Source of the DNA: Candidatus Poribacteria bacterium
GTDB taxonomy: Bacteria; Poribacteria; WGA-4E; WGA-3G
NCBI GenBank assembly: GCA_965205025.1
Contig: CBDBFU010000012.1
Span: 160,001 to 224,000 of the forward strand
Reading direction: 5' to 3'
Length of the DNA: 64,000 nucleotides
The notes beneath the pieces are model-generated. The model saw nothing but the letters and a program-made list of their open reading frames with translations, was not told the DNA's origin and ran no database searches. The translations under genes were made by a program, and so were the position numbers. Below are positions 55,465 to 64,000 of the stretch, piece after piece. Numbering within the stretch: position 1 is the stretch's first letter; each line of letters begins with the position of its first letter.

Positions 55465-57378
55465 ATGACTGTAAGAGCCATACTCATCGGTTTAGCACTT
55501 GTCATCTTACAAACGGCAATCACACCATATAATGACTACTACCTTCAAGGGACAGATATCTCAGGAAATCATTTCCCTTTAGGTGCGGTATTCACCCTCA
55601 TATTCCTTACCTTATTTATCAATCCCATCCTAAAGAAAGTTCTACCCCGAGCAATGTTAAATCCCAGAGAATTAATTGTAATTTGGGTGATGATGGTAGT
55701 TAGTTCAGCAATTCCTTCTAAAGGAATGATAGGTTTCTTGCTCCCCTATTTAGCCGCACCAGTCTATTTTGCAACCCCAGAAAATGAGTGGGCAGAGACG
55801 CTTCATTCTCACTTCCCTGAATGGTTAATAGTATGGGATAAACAAGCTGTTACGAATTTCTATGAGGGCGAATCCTCTGTGCCGTGGATACCTTGGATGA
55901 AGCCAATCCTTGTCTGGTCTGCTTTCATACTCTTATTCTATTGTGTCACAATCTGCGTTTCGATTGTCATACGAAAACAGTGGGTAGAACGCGAAAGGTA
56001 TGTATTCCCACTCGTATCTATCCCTGTAGAGATGGTTCAACAAACATCTGGAAATATAAAGCTAAATGGTTTCTTTAGGAAACGTCTTATCTGGATAGGT
56101 TTCGGTATCGCAGCAGCATTCCATCTACTTAATGGATTGCACGAATACTTCCCTGCTATACCGTCTATTCCAAATAGATACGATTTATATACACCATTCA
56201 CTGAACGTCCCTGGATTGTGATGAGATGGTGGCCGCAATTCAGGTTCTTTTTATATTTCTCGGTAATAGGAATAACCTACTTTCTGGCAACAGAAATCTC
56301 CTTTAGTTGTTGGTTCTTCTTTCTCTTCTTTAAGTTACAATATATCATCATAAACGCATTTGCAATTCCCATCAGTCCTTGGATCAGTGCCAGAGGACAA
56401 ACCATGGCTGCCTATGTAATAATGGTTATCGCCTTTCTCATAAACAGTCGCGCACATATCAAAGATATAATACTGAAGTCTTTCCAACCTTCAAATTCTA
56501 CTTCAATGATTGATGATTCTGATGAAGTGCTCTCCTATAGAAGTGCATTCTTTGGTGGAATCATCAGTTTTCTACTACTAACTGCTTTATGTGTTTATGC
56601 TGGCATGTCGTTTTGGGTTGCCTGTAGTATCATCATACTCTTTTTAATTGCATCCACAGCACTGTCTTGGATGGTAGTAAACGGTGGAATGCTACTAATA
56701 CAGGCACCAATGTATCCTGTAGAATATTTTGAGATAATTACTGGTTCAAGAATCATAAATGCCAGTAGTTTAGCACTATTGGGTTTTCAAAGAGTTATGA
56801 TGCGGGATTGGGGAGGTATATTGATGCCGAGTGTATTGCACGGGTTCAAAGCATCTGATCCAGTAGGGCTAAAACGAAAGAGTCTGTTCTTTGTAATGGC
56901 AATATCTATGGTTGTCGCAATCGGGGTTTCCTATGTGGCATCACTCCCATTGATATACGAAAAAGGAGGGTTAAATTTACAGCACGGTCCTTTTGTTGGT
57001 GCTCCGCGATACTTTAATCATATGGTTTCTCTAATTCAATATCCAAAAGATCCAAAAATGGGAGAAGCATATAGCATGTTATTAGGGGCGGGAATTACAT
57101 CTTTTTTATTGATAATGCAACGCCAATTTATGTGGTGGCAAATACACCCAATTGGGTATGTCATGGGTGCTGTTTATTCCTCCTATTTTCTGTGGTCATG
57201 TATGTTCGTCGGTTGGCTATTGAAGTACTTAATACTCAAAACAGGAGGAATCGGATACTATAGAAGACTCCGACCCGTATTCATGGGATTAATTATTGGA
57301 GAGTTTGGGATTATTGGAGCATGGATGGTTCTGGGGATATTTACTGGTGTTAATTACCATAATGCACTACCGGGATAA
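55465..57378 (+). CDS. Polytopic membrane protein (DUF6785-like, probable transporter)
   Basis: Many TM segments; RKQWVERERYVFP, WWQIHPIGY, LRPVFMGLIIGE. Confidence 0.7.
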   Translation: MTVRAILIGLALVILQTAITPYNDYYLQGTDISGNHFPLGAVFTLIFLTLFINPILKKVLPRAMLNPRELIVIWVMMVVSSAIPSKGMIGFLLPYLAAPVYFATPENEWAETLHSHFPEWLIVWDKQAVTNFYEGESSVPWIPWMKPILVWSAFILLFYCVTICVSIVIRKQWVERERYVFPLVSIPVEMVQQTSGNIKLNGFFRKRLIWIGFGIAAAFHLLNGLHEYFPAIPSIPNRYDLYTPFTERPWIVMRWWPQFRFFLYFSVIGITYFLATEISFSCWFFFLFFKLQYIIINAFAIPISPWISARGQTMAAYVIMVIAFLINSRAHIKDIILKSFQPSNSTSMIDDSDEVLSYRSAFFGGIISFLLLTALCVYAGMSFWVACSIIILFLIASTALSWMVVNGGMLLIQAPMYPVEYFEIITGSRIINASSLALLGFQRVMMRDWGGILMPSVLHGFKASDPVGLKRKSLFFVMAISMVVAIGVSYVASLPLIYEKGGLNLQHGPFVGAPRYFNHMVSLIQYPKDPKMGEAYSMLLGAGITSFLLIMQRQFMWWQIHPIGYVMGAVYSSYFLWSCMFVGWLLKYLILKTGGIGYYRRLRPVFMGLIIGEFGIIGAWMVLGIFTGVNYHNALPG

Positions 57379-57535
57379 TGCTACCTGGTATTCGACTTCT
57401 ACCTTGGAATGATGTCTTTTCACGGTGTTTCTGTAGTGTGACTCAATGAATTGGTATATATGATAGAGATCATGTTATAATTCTCTAAATTACCATTACA
57501 GAATTATAATCACATATCACAATTTGGATAGAAAA

Positions 57536-58195
57536 ATGTCAGCTCAAAATGCATCCAATACTGAAAAACTTACTCTAAAATACTTGGAAGTAGAAGAGAT
57601 CACAATTACTGGTTCAGAGAATATACCTGATACAGCATTTCGTGCTGCCAAGCAGATTATATTAAAGATAACTTCTAAACATCCAGATATCCTTAACTAT
57701 CTATCAGGATATGAATGCATTCTTGTTGCACCGGAGGAGTGTGTACAGGCATCTGTAAGATGGAAAGAAGGACACTTCAAATCATCGGCAGGTTTGGCAA
57801 TTGGACCGCGAAACGATTTGGGGTTCCCCGGACGGTTAGCTGCTTCTATCGTATGGCGGAAAAAACCAAGTATGCGCGTATTTATTCACGAATTTGGACA
57901 CGCAATCGGTTTTGTCATATCACAGATTGATACGCAGTATGAGCTATTATTACAACGAGCTTATAATAAAGCAATAGAATTGGGATTATGGCAAGATGAA
58001 CCTTTTATTAAGAGAATAGGAAGACCGGGTCATGATCCTGTCGCTGAGTATTGGGCAGAAGGTGTTCGTAGGTGGTATTCATACGGTAAGGGACACAAAT
58101 TCAAATCCAGAGAGGAATTTAAAAAATATGATCCAGGACTAACCCATTTGTTAACTCGTTGGATATCCAACGAGGAGATTCCTCTAACTTACTAA
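57536..58195 (+). CDS. Zincin metallopeptidase-like protein (lethal-factor/MtfA-like motif order)
   Basis: IHEFGHAI, EYWAEGV, KKYDPGL. Confidence 0.7.
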   Translation: MSAQNASNTEKLTLKYLEVEEITITGSENIPDTAFRAAKQIILKITSKHPDILNYLSGYECILVAPEECVQASVRWKEGHFKSSAGLAIGPRNDLGFPGRLAASIVWRKKPSMRVFIHEFGHAIGFVISQIDTQYELLLQRAYNKAIELGLWQDEPFIKRIGRPGHDPVAEYWAEGVRRWYSYGKGHKFKSREEFKKYDPGLTHLLTRWISNEEIPLTY

Positions 58196-58410
58196 TATAG
58201 AATTTGTCAATTCGATGTTTACAGGTGGGTGTGTAAAGTAATTGTCACTTTACTTAACACCAATGATATCTCAATTTCAATTCATCCAGTCTGAATTTCG
58301 AGAATTACAGATTATTCTTCACTACTATAATTTTCGACAATTCTATTTCAAGGGGTAACTGAGAATCTAATGATAAGTCTATTTTTTGGAGTTTCTATAT
58401 CAAAAATACC

Positions 58411-58483
58411 GTACTCCAGCGGAGTACTATGTCTATAGAAAACAATATCGGAACAGTCTGACACTCCAGCGGAGTGCTATGTC
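58411..58483. repeat. Direct pair of REP-like palindromes ACTCCAGCGGAGT-CTATGTC
   Basis: Copies at 58411-58433 and 58461-58483. Confidence 0.75.
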
Positions 58484-58879
58484 CCAATACACTTCGTATG
58501 AAAAACATATAAGTACTTAATTCATACTTAAGTTATAGTGTAATTAACGTATGTGATTCACGGAGAATTGGTCTACTTAAATTATAAACCCTTATAGAAT
58601 AAGGGCTCGTAAAATTGCTCCGTGAAGGTTTCCGTGAAAGTGCTATCATTTCAAAATGATAGATATTAACACTTTTTCCATTCACATTATCCATACATCT
58701 AACATAATTAGGTATTTATCTCACTTTGAAAGTATAAGTAGCATTTGTGGTATCCAGATACAATAGCAGCGTAATGTTTAATGACAGAAACTTTACACAC
58801 CCGATTGCCTTTCGTAGATTGATAAATATATATAGATGTGATATACTTTTTCCATAATTTATACAAGGAATTAATGTAA

Positions 58880-59797
58880 ATGAATACGGATAATGGCAAA
58901 GATGTTCAACAAAAGGACTTACCTGACGGAGCAAAATATCGACTTGGGAAGAGTAGTATTACAGGTAATGTAGTTTTTTCACCAGATGGTACACAACTAT
59001 CTGTTTGTGGTGATATAGGCACTTGGATATATGATGCACAGAGTGGAGACGAGGTAAGCCTTCTCGCGGGACATAGAGAGTATGCATGGAGTGTAGCATA
59101 TTCACCTGATAGTGGTACAGTAGCGACAGGAACCTATGAAGAGTTATGGTTATGGGATAGTTCTACAGGACTCCCAAAAACCACATTGAAAGAACATACT
59201 GACCATGTACGATCACTTGCTTATTCCCCTGATGGAACTACTATCGCGAGTGGTGGGGCTGATAATCTAATCATTCTATGGGATACTGAAACAGAGTCGG
59301 TAAAATCAACTTTAAAAGGACACACAGGATCAGTAAGGAGTATTGCTTATTCCCCTGATGGTAGTATCATTGCAAGCGCGAGTTCCGATGAATCTGTTAT
59401 TTTATGGCAAGCGGCATCGGGGAAATCTAAAGTGACACTCAAAGGACATACACACGTGGTAAATTCTGTGGCATATTCTCCTGATGGAGAAACGATTGTT
59501 ACAGGAAGTTCCGATGGTACTGTGCGTTTGTGGGATGCTTTCACAGGACAACGTAAGAGTACATTAGCAGATTATAAGTTTTATATATGGAGTGTTACAT
59601 ATTCCCCCGATGGTAACACAATTGCTGTCGGTGGTAGAGATGGTGCTGTCCGTTTCGTTGATCCTTCTTCAGGTGAATCAAATTCTGAACTAAAAGGACA
59701 CATTGGTTCAGTGAGAAGTATCGCTTTTTCTCCTGATGGTAGCTTATTGGCAAGTGGTAGTGAAGACCATTCTGTACTTTTGTGGGATCTAAGTTAG
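58880..59797 (+). CDS. Cytoplasmic WD40 beta-propeller protein
   Basis: About 7 GH-YSPDG-WD repeats. Confidence 0.92.
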   Translation: MNTDNGKDVQQKDLPDGAKYRLGKSSITGNVVFSPDGTQLSVCGDIGTWIYDAQSGDEVSLLAGHREYAWSVAYSPDSGTVATGTYEELWLWDSSTGLPKTTLKEHTDHVRSLAYSPDGTTIASGGADNLIILWDTETESVKSTLKGHTGSVRSIAYSPDGSIIASASSDESVILWQAASGKSKVTLKGHTHVVNSVAYSPDGETIVTGSSDGTVRLWDAFTGQRKSTLADYKFYIWSVTYSPDGNTIAVGGRDGAVRFVDPSSGESNSELKGHIGSVRSIAFSPDGSLLASGSEDHSVLLWDLS

Positions 59798-59848
59798 TAG
59801 AATCTTGTGGAATTGTAATTGTTTTGATTGATGATGGGAGATGACATA

Positions 59849-60532
59849 ATGCAAAAGACAATACAGGCAGTGCCGTCAATTTTCTATCCTGAATCAGATG
59901 GGAAACCTATGGCAGAAACTGAAGTTCATCGGGACTTGATGATTGATTTTATACAGATGCTTAAACATCATTACAGAGATCGTGAGGATGTCTGTATTTC
60001 TGGCAATATGTTTATGTACTATGAAGAAGGTGACGCAACGAAGTCTGTAGCACCAGATGTTTTCGTTGCTTTTAGTGTCGCGAAAAAGCAACGTAGGACA
60101 TACTTGACTTGGGAGGAAGGACGTACACCTGATTTTGTGTTAGAGGTAGCAAGTCCAAGTACTTTTAAAGATGACATGAGAAAAAAGAAAGAACTCTACG
60201 CTTCTGTGCTTGAGGTGAAGGAGTATTTCATCTATGACCCACTTGGGGAAATCGTACCCAGTTTCATTGGATTTCGTTTGGATGAAGGTGTTTATGAAGA
60301 GATCGATTTTCTAAATGACCGGTTACCATCGTCTGTATTAGGTTTGGAGTTAGGAGAACGGGAAGGTATATTAAAATTATATAATCCGACTACATCCGAA
60401 TGGTTACAAACAATGCCAGAAAGAGCAGAAACCGCTGAAGTTAGAGCAGAAACCGCTGAAGTTAGAGCAGAAACCGCTGAAGCTGAATTAGAAAAAGCTT
60501 TAGAAGAAATTGAACGTCTTCGTGGAAAATAG
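59849..60532 (+). CDS. Uma2 (DUF820) PD-(D/E)xK nuclease-like protein with coiled-coil tail
   Basis: YPESDGKPMAET, APDVFV, PDFVLEVAS, EYFIYDP. Confidence 0.9.
   Translation: MQKTIQAVPSIFYPESDGKPMAETEVHRDLMIDFIQMLKHHYRDREDVCISGNMFMYYEEGDATKSVAPDVFVAFSVAKKQRRTYLTWEEGRTPDFVLEVASPSTFKDDMRKKKELYASVLEVKEYFIYDPLGEIVPSFIGFRLDEGVYEEIDFLNDRLPSSVLGLELGEREGILKLYNPTTSEWLQTMPERAETAEVRAETAEVRAETAEAELEKALEEIERLRGK
60422..60484 (+). repeat. 21-bp coding tandem repeat x3
   Basis: AGAGCAGAAACCGCTGAAG(T/C)T x3, encoding RAETAE(V/A). Confidence 0.9.
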
Positions 60533-60657
60533 CAAATAATGAAACTAACGATGTATTCGCTAAAATCAGTAATTATATATCAATTCTATGGAAACACTTG
60601 CAAGGTTTTCTGTAGCAACGATATACTGAATTATATCATAACAAGTTAATTGTTCGA

Positions 60658-62352
60658 CTACACTCGCATTACAACAGGTAGGACTAAAGGACTCCGTCGC
60701 ATCTGTTCGGTGAAAAATCTACGGAGAGCCGTTCGAATTTCATCCTGAATTGTTTCTGTTTCGTGCTTCTGTTCATCACTGAGATTTTCGATAACTCTCC
60801 GCGTGATTTCTTTCGCTTCTTCCACAAGTTCTTCAGATTCATCCATATATACAAAACCACGAGAAACTATTTCTGGTTCGGTTGCTATCGCACCACCATC
60901 ACTATGCATGACAATAATCGGTATAACCATACCATCTTGGGAAAGCTGAATTCTATCCCGTAATACGATATCTTCAAGTCCAATCTCCGGTTTCCCATCC
61001 ACCAATACTCTCCCTGATCGTCCCTCACGTTCATATACTTCACATGAATTAGCGGTGAGTTGTATGAGTTCACCGTCTTCTGCAACCCTAATATTATCTG
61101 CTGGTATCCCAACAGATTCAGCGAGTTCGGCATGTCGGATTAAATTTTGGTATTCACCGTGAATTGGGATGAAGAATTCTGGTTGTAGCAGATTTAACAT
61201 CAGTTTAAGATCTTCAGATGCCCCATGACCAGAAACATGCACATTTGCATTCTTTTCATGGAAAATATTAGCTCCGCGTCTAAGTAGATGATTAATTACA
61301 TTTCCAATGGATCTCTCATTTCCCGGAATCTGTCGGGCTGATATGACAACAGTGTCATTTGGTTCAATCTTCAAGAATGGATGATTGTCAAGGGCTAATA
61401 ATGCTAATGCTGATCTCGGTTCACCTTGACTACCAGTAGTAAATACCACGACCTCATCTGGTTTGAACATTGTCGCTTCACGCGCATCAATCAGAAAGTC
61501 CGGATTCATATCAAGATAACCAAGATCCATTGCAGTGCGGATATTATTGGTAAGAGAACGACCCGTAACAGCAACAAGACGCCGATGCTTTTCTGCCAAA
61601 TCAACAAATTGTTGGATTCTGTGAAGACTTGAGGAGAAGGTGCAGAGAAATAATTGTTGTTCAGTATTTTGAAAGATATTGTCTACAGCATCGTAAATGC
61701 TTCGTTCGGATGGAGTTTGACCAGGCCAGTTCGCATTTGTGCTATCTGAAAGCAGAAGGAGGACACCGTCACCACCTAAACGTGCAAGGGTTTGAATATC
61801 GGATAGTTTGCCATCCACTGGTGTTGTGTCAAATTTGAAGTCTCCTGTATGGACAATTATACCGGCAGGAGTGTGAAGTGCTATTGCTACGGCATCTGGT
61901 ATACTGTGCGTAACATAAATGAATTCAGCCGAAAAATCTCCTAATTCTACCTGATCACCCGGTTCAATTACATTCAATTGTGCTTCTGCCAAAACACCAT
62001 ATTCTTTTAACCGACCTGTTGCTATTGAAAGTGTTAACTGTGTGCCGTAAACAGGAGCATTAATCTGTTGTAGGACATACGCTAAAGCACCAATGTGATC
62101 CTCATGACCATGTGTTAGAAGGATTCCACGAACTTTTTCTTGTCTTTCAACCAGATAATGGATATCTGGGAAAATCAGATCAACACCGGGCATGTCTGAA
62201 CTGGGTAACATGAAACCTGTGTCAATGACAAGGATGTCATTTTCGGTTTCATAGACCATCATGTTTAACCCGAATTCTCCTAATCCTCCTAATGGAATTA
62301 TCGATATATTATGGTTAGATATGTTATCACTCCTATAAAATGTATTTGTCAT
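60658..62352 (-). CDS. rnj: Ribonuclease J
   Basis: PLGGLGEFGLNM, THGHEDHIG, HTGDFK, GSQGEP, HVSGH, PIHGE. Confidence 0.96.
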   Translation of the reverse strand: MTNTFYRSDNISNHNISIIPLGGLGEFGLNMMVYETENDILVIDTGFMLPSSDMPGVDLIFPDIHYLVERQEKVRGILLTHGHEDHIGALAYVLQQINAPVYGTQLTLSIATGRLKEYGVLAEAQLNVIEPGDQVELGDFSAEFIYVTHSIPDAVAIALHTPAGIIVHTGDFKFDTTPVDGKLSDIQTLARLGGDGVLLLLSDSTNANWPGQTPSERSIYDAVDNIFQNTEQQLFLCTFSSSLHRIQQFVDLAEKHRRLVAVTGRSLTNNIRTAMDLGYLDMNPDFLIDAREATMFKPDEVVVFTTGSQGEPRSALALLALDNHPFLKIEPNDTVVISARQIPGNERSIGNVINHLLRRGANIFHEKNANVHVSGHGASEDLKLMLNLLQPEFFIPIHGEYQNLIRHAELAESVGIPADNIRVAEDGELIQLTANSCEVYEREGRSGRVLVDGKPEIGLEDIVLRDRIQLSQDGMVIPIIVMHSDGGAIATEPEIVSRGFVYMDESEELVEEAKEITRRVIENLSDEQKHETETIQDEIRTALRRFFTEQMRRSPLVLPVVMRV

Positions 62353-62434
62353 TTGTATGTTATATCAGTCTGTCTACTTATATAATGGATATCTACATAC
62401 TTATCACTAATTTATAGTTCAATTTTTGACACAC

Positions 62435-63460
62435 TTATTTCCAATCAAGGTGAGAGAAATCGTAATTTGTTGATGTGATTTGCTGCAGATTTCCCGTTAA
62501 TACATCAACAATAAAAATCTCACTTGTACGCCTGCGATCCGAATCTGAACCAATAAAAGCAACCTGACGACTATCAGGAGACCATACTGGGGCACGACCT
62601 GCATATAGACTTAAGTTAATATACCCACTAAATTGTCCGTTTTCCACTTTGGCAACGCATACATTTCCAGATGTAATAAATAATATCTTCTTACCATCTG
62701 GGGACCATTTTTCGACCTTATCACAGGGTGGTTCGTTGCGCTGCAGATACCAAGTCCTACCCATACTGACAACATCTGGTTCTGCAAGTGCCAAATACCC
62801 ATCTGTGATAAATGCTATCCAATTTTTGTCTGGTGACCACTCTGGCCAATTTGTCCCTTCTGGTAATACTTCAAGCAATCTCCTATGAGGTTCTTTTACC
62901 TTTTTACCGTTTACATCCCAATGTAACCATCCTTTTGTCCACCGTTCACTCCGCCATCGTTTAATTTCTCCATCAACAGTTACCACCCAATTCTCTAAAC
63001 GATCTTTGGGACGATCAATTTCGACCACTACCAATACAGCGTCGTTATTGGGTGACCACCAAAAATCATGTATAGCAAACACCTTCTTGATAAGACGTTT
63101 CTTCTCTGTGCCATCAGAAAACATGATGTATAACGACTTTGCTTCGTCAATACCAGAAATGTATGCTATTCGTTTCCTATCCATTGAGATTTTTGGCATA
63201 CGCGAAATACCATTATCCGTTAGTTTGCTATAATTTGTTCCATCTGGATTCATTATACCGATGTTATACTGGTAGAAATCCCACCATTTCTTAGTATCCC
63301 TTCCTTTCTCCAGACGTCCCGTTGAGGCACGAAAACCGTCTTCAGTTAAAAAAGGTTCACGGACTGCAAAGACCAATTTACCCGCAGATTCCTCTGCAGA
63401 CACAATCCCATTTGCTATGAGAACTAATATGAGAATTCCGAGAAGATTCTTAATTTGCAT
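62435..63460 (-). CDS. Secreted TolB-like beta-propeller protein
   Basis: Signal peptide; WSPD repeats. Confidence 0.8.
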   Translation of the reverse strand: MQIKNLLGILILVLIANGIVSAEESAGKLVFAVREPFLTEDGFRASTGRLEKGRDTKKWWDFYQYNIGIMNPDGTNYSKLTDNGISRMPKISMDRKRIAYISGIDEAKSLYIMFSDGTEKKRLIKKVFAIHDFWWSPNNDAVLVVVEIDRPKDRLENWVVTVDGEIKRWRSERWTKGWLHWDVNGKKVKEPHRRLLEVLPEGTNWPEWSPDKNWIAFITDGYLALAEPDVVSMGRTWYLQRNEPPCDKVEKWSPDGKKILFITSGNVCVAKVENGQFSGYINLSLYAGRAPVWSPDSRQVAFIGSDSDRRRTSEIFIVDVLTGNLQQITSTNYDFSHLDWK

Positions 63461-63511
63461 AATTTCTTATTATCCTAAAGTGAGTTTGGTGTATGAGAAC
63501 TGTAATAGATA

Positions 63512-64000
63512 TTAAACAACGATATTAACCAAATTATTCTTTGACACAACTATTACTTTTCTGATCGTCTTCCCTTCAATAAACTTTTGTATTTTTTCAT
63601 CGGCAACTGCGGCTTCTTCTTTCTGTTCGTCGGTTGCTTCCGCAGGGAGTTGTAGACGGCTCCGAAGTTTTCCGTTTACTTGCACAACTATAGTGATGGT
63701 AGCTGTTTCAAGAATACTTTCGTCGTATTCTGGCCATGTAGTATGTGCTATAAATCCTGATTCACCGAGACGATGCCACAATTCTTGGGTGATATGAGGA
63801 GCATAGGGCGCAAGTAAACGCAGGAAGATTTTAACTGTCTCTGTAGATAGTGATTTTTCTTGAGTTGCAGCATTGACGAATATCATCATTTGGCTAATTG
63901 CCGTATTCATCTTATCTACCGATTCGGTATCTACAGTAACTTGTTTGATGGTTTTATGGAGTTCTCTCCAAAGCTCAGAGTCATCTGAACCTGGGCGGTC
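63512..64000 (-). CDS. leuS: Leucyl-tRNA synthetase, C-terminal part (gene extends beyond the window)
   Basis: NTAISQMM, LAPYAPHITQELW, WP, VVQVNGKLR, KVIVV-LVNIVV. Confidence 0.95.
   Translation of the reverse strand, partial: DRPGSDDSELWRELHKTIKQVTVDTESVDKMNTAISQMMIFVNAATQEKSLSTETVKIFLRLLAPYAPHITQELWHRLGESGFIAHTTWPEYDESILETATITIVVQVNGKLRSRLQLPAEATDEQKEEAAVADEKIQKFIEGKTIRKVIVVSKNNLVNIVV

Noticed and set aside
58411-58483. Mini CRISPR array (also considered at 31597-31715 and 5780-5899)
   Set aside because: Only two or three units with REP-type palindromes, irregular spacing, and no cas genes or leader.

Overview
AT-rich bacterial chromosomal segment. Its gene inventory (ECF sigma factors fused to beta-propellers, many WD40/TolB/TPR proteins, sulfatases, a DUF6785-type membrane protein, a Uma2 nuclease and a C-terminal 'V-x-P-x-GK-xxx-WG-x-K' motif) suggests Candidatus Poribacteria or a similar PVC-like lineage; this assignment is inference. 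Housekeeping genes: orphan groL with a His-rich tail, tRNA nucleotidyltransferase, scpA/scpB, thrC, xylA, cstA, mobA, rnj and the 3' end of leuS. There are two apparently intact IS elements and an 18-kb MoxR/DUF58/BatA/vWA/prenyltransferase-repeat cluster. About 12 frameshifts are confined to 9.5-17.7 kb and look like sequencing indels. Most notable: (1) one ORF fusing a DarT-type DNA ADP-ribosyltransferase to a DarG-type macrodomain, inserted in the MoxR cluster; (2) a nested set of tiny repeats in which REP hairpins serve as landing pads: a 44-70 bp TIR-less mini-element sits in REP loops, a MITE sits in the REP loop of another MITE, and an IS4 is flanked by a 21-bp duplicated REP hairpin; (3) a 14-bp ECF-type promoter motif shared by an ECF-sigma/propeller gene and the MoxR cluster. 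I found no tRNA, rRNA or CRISPR array.
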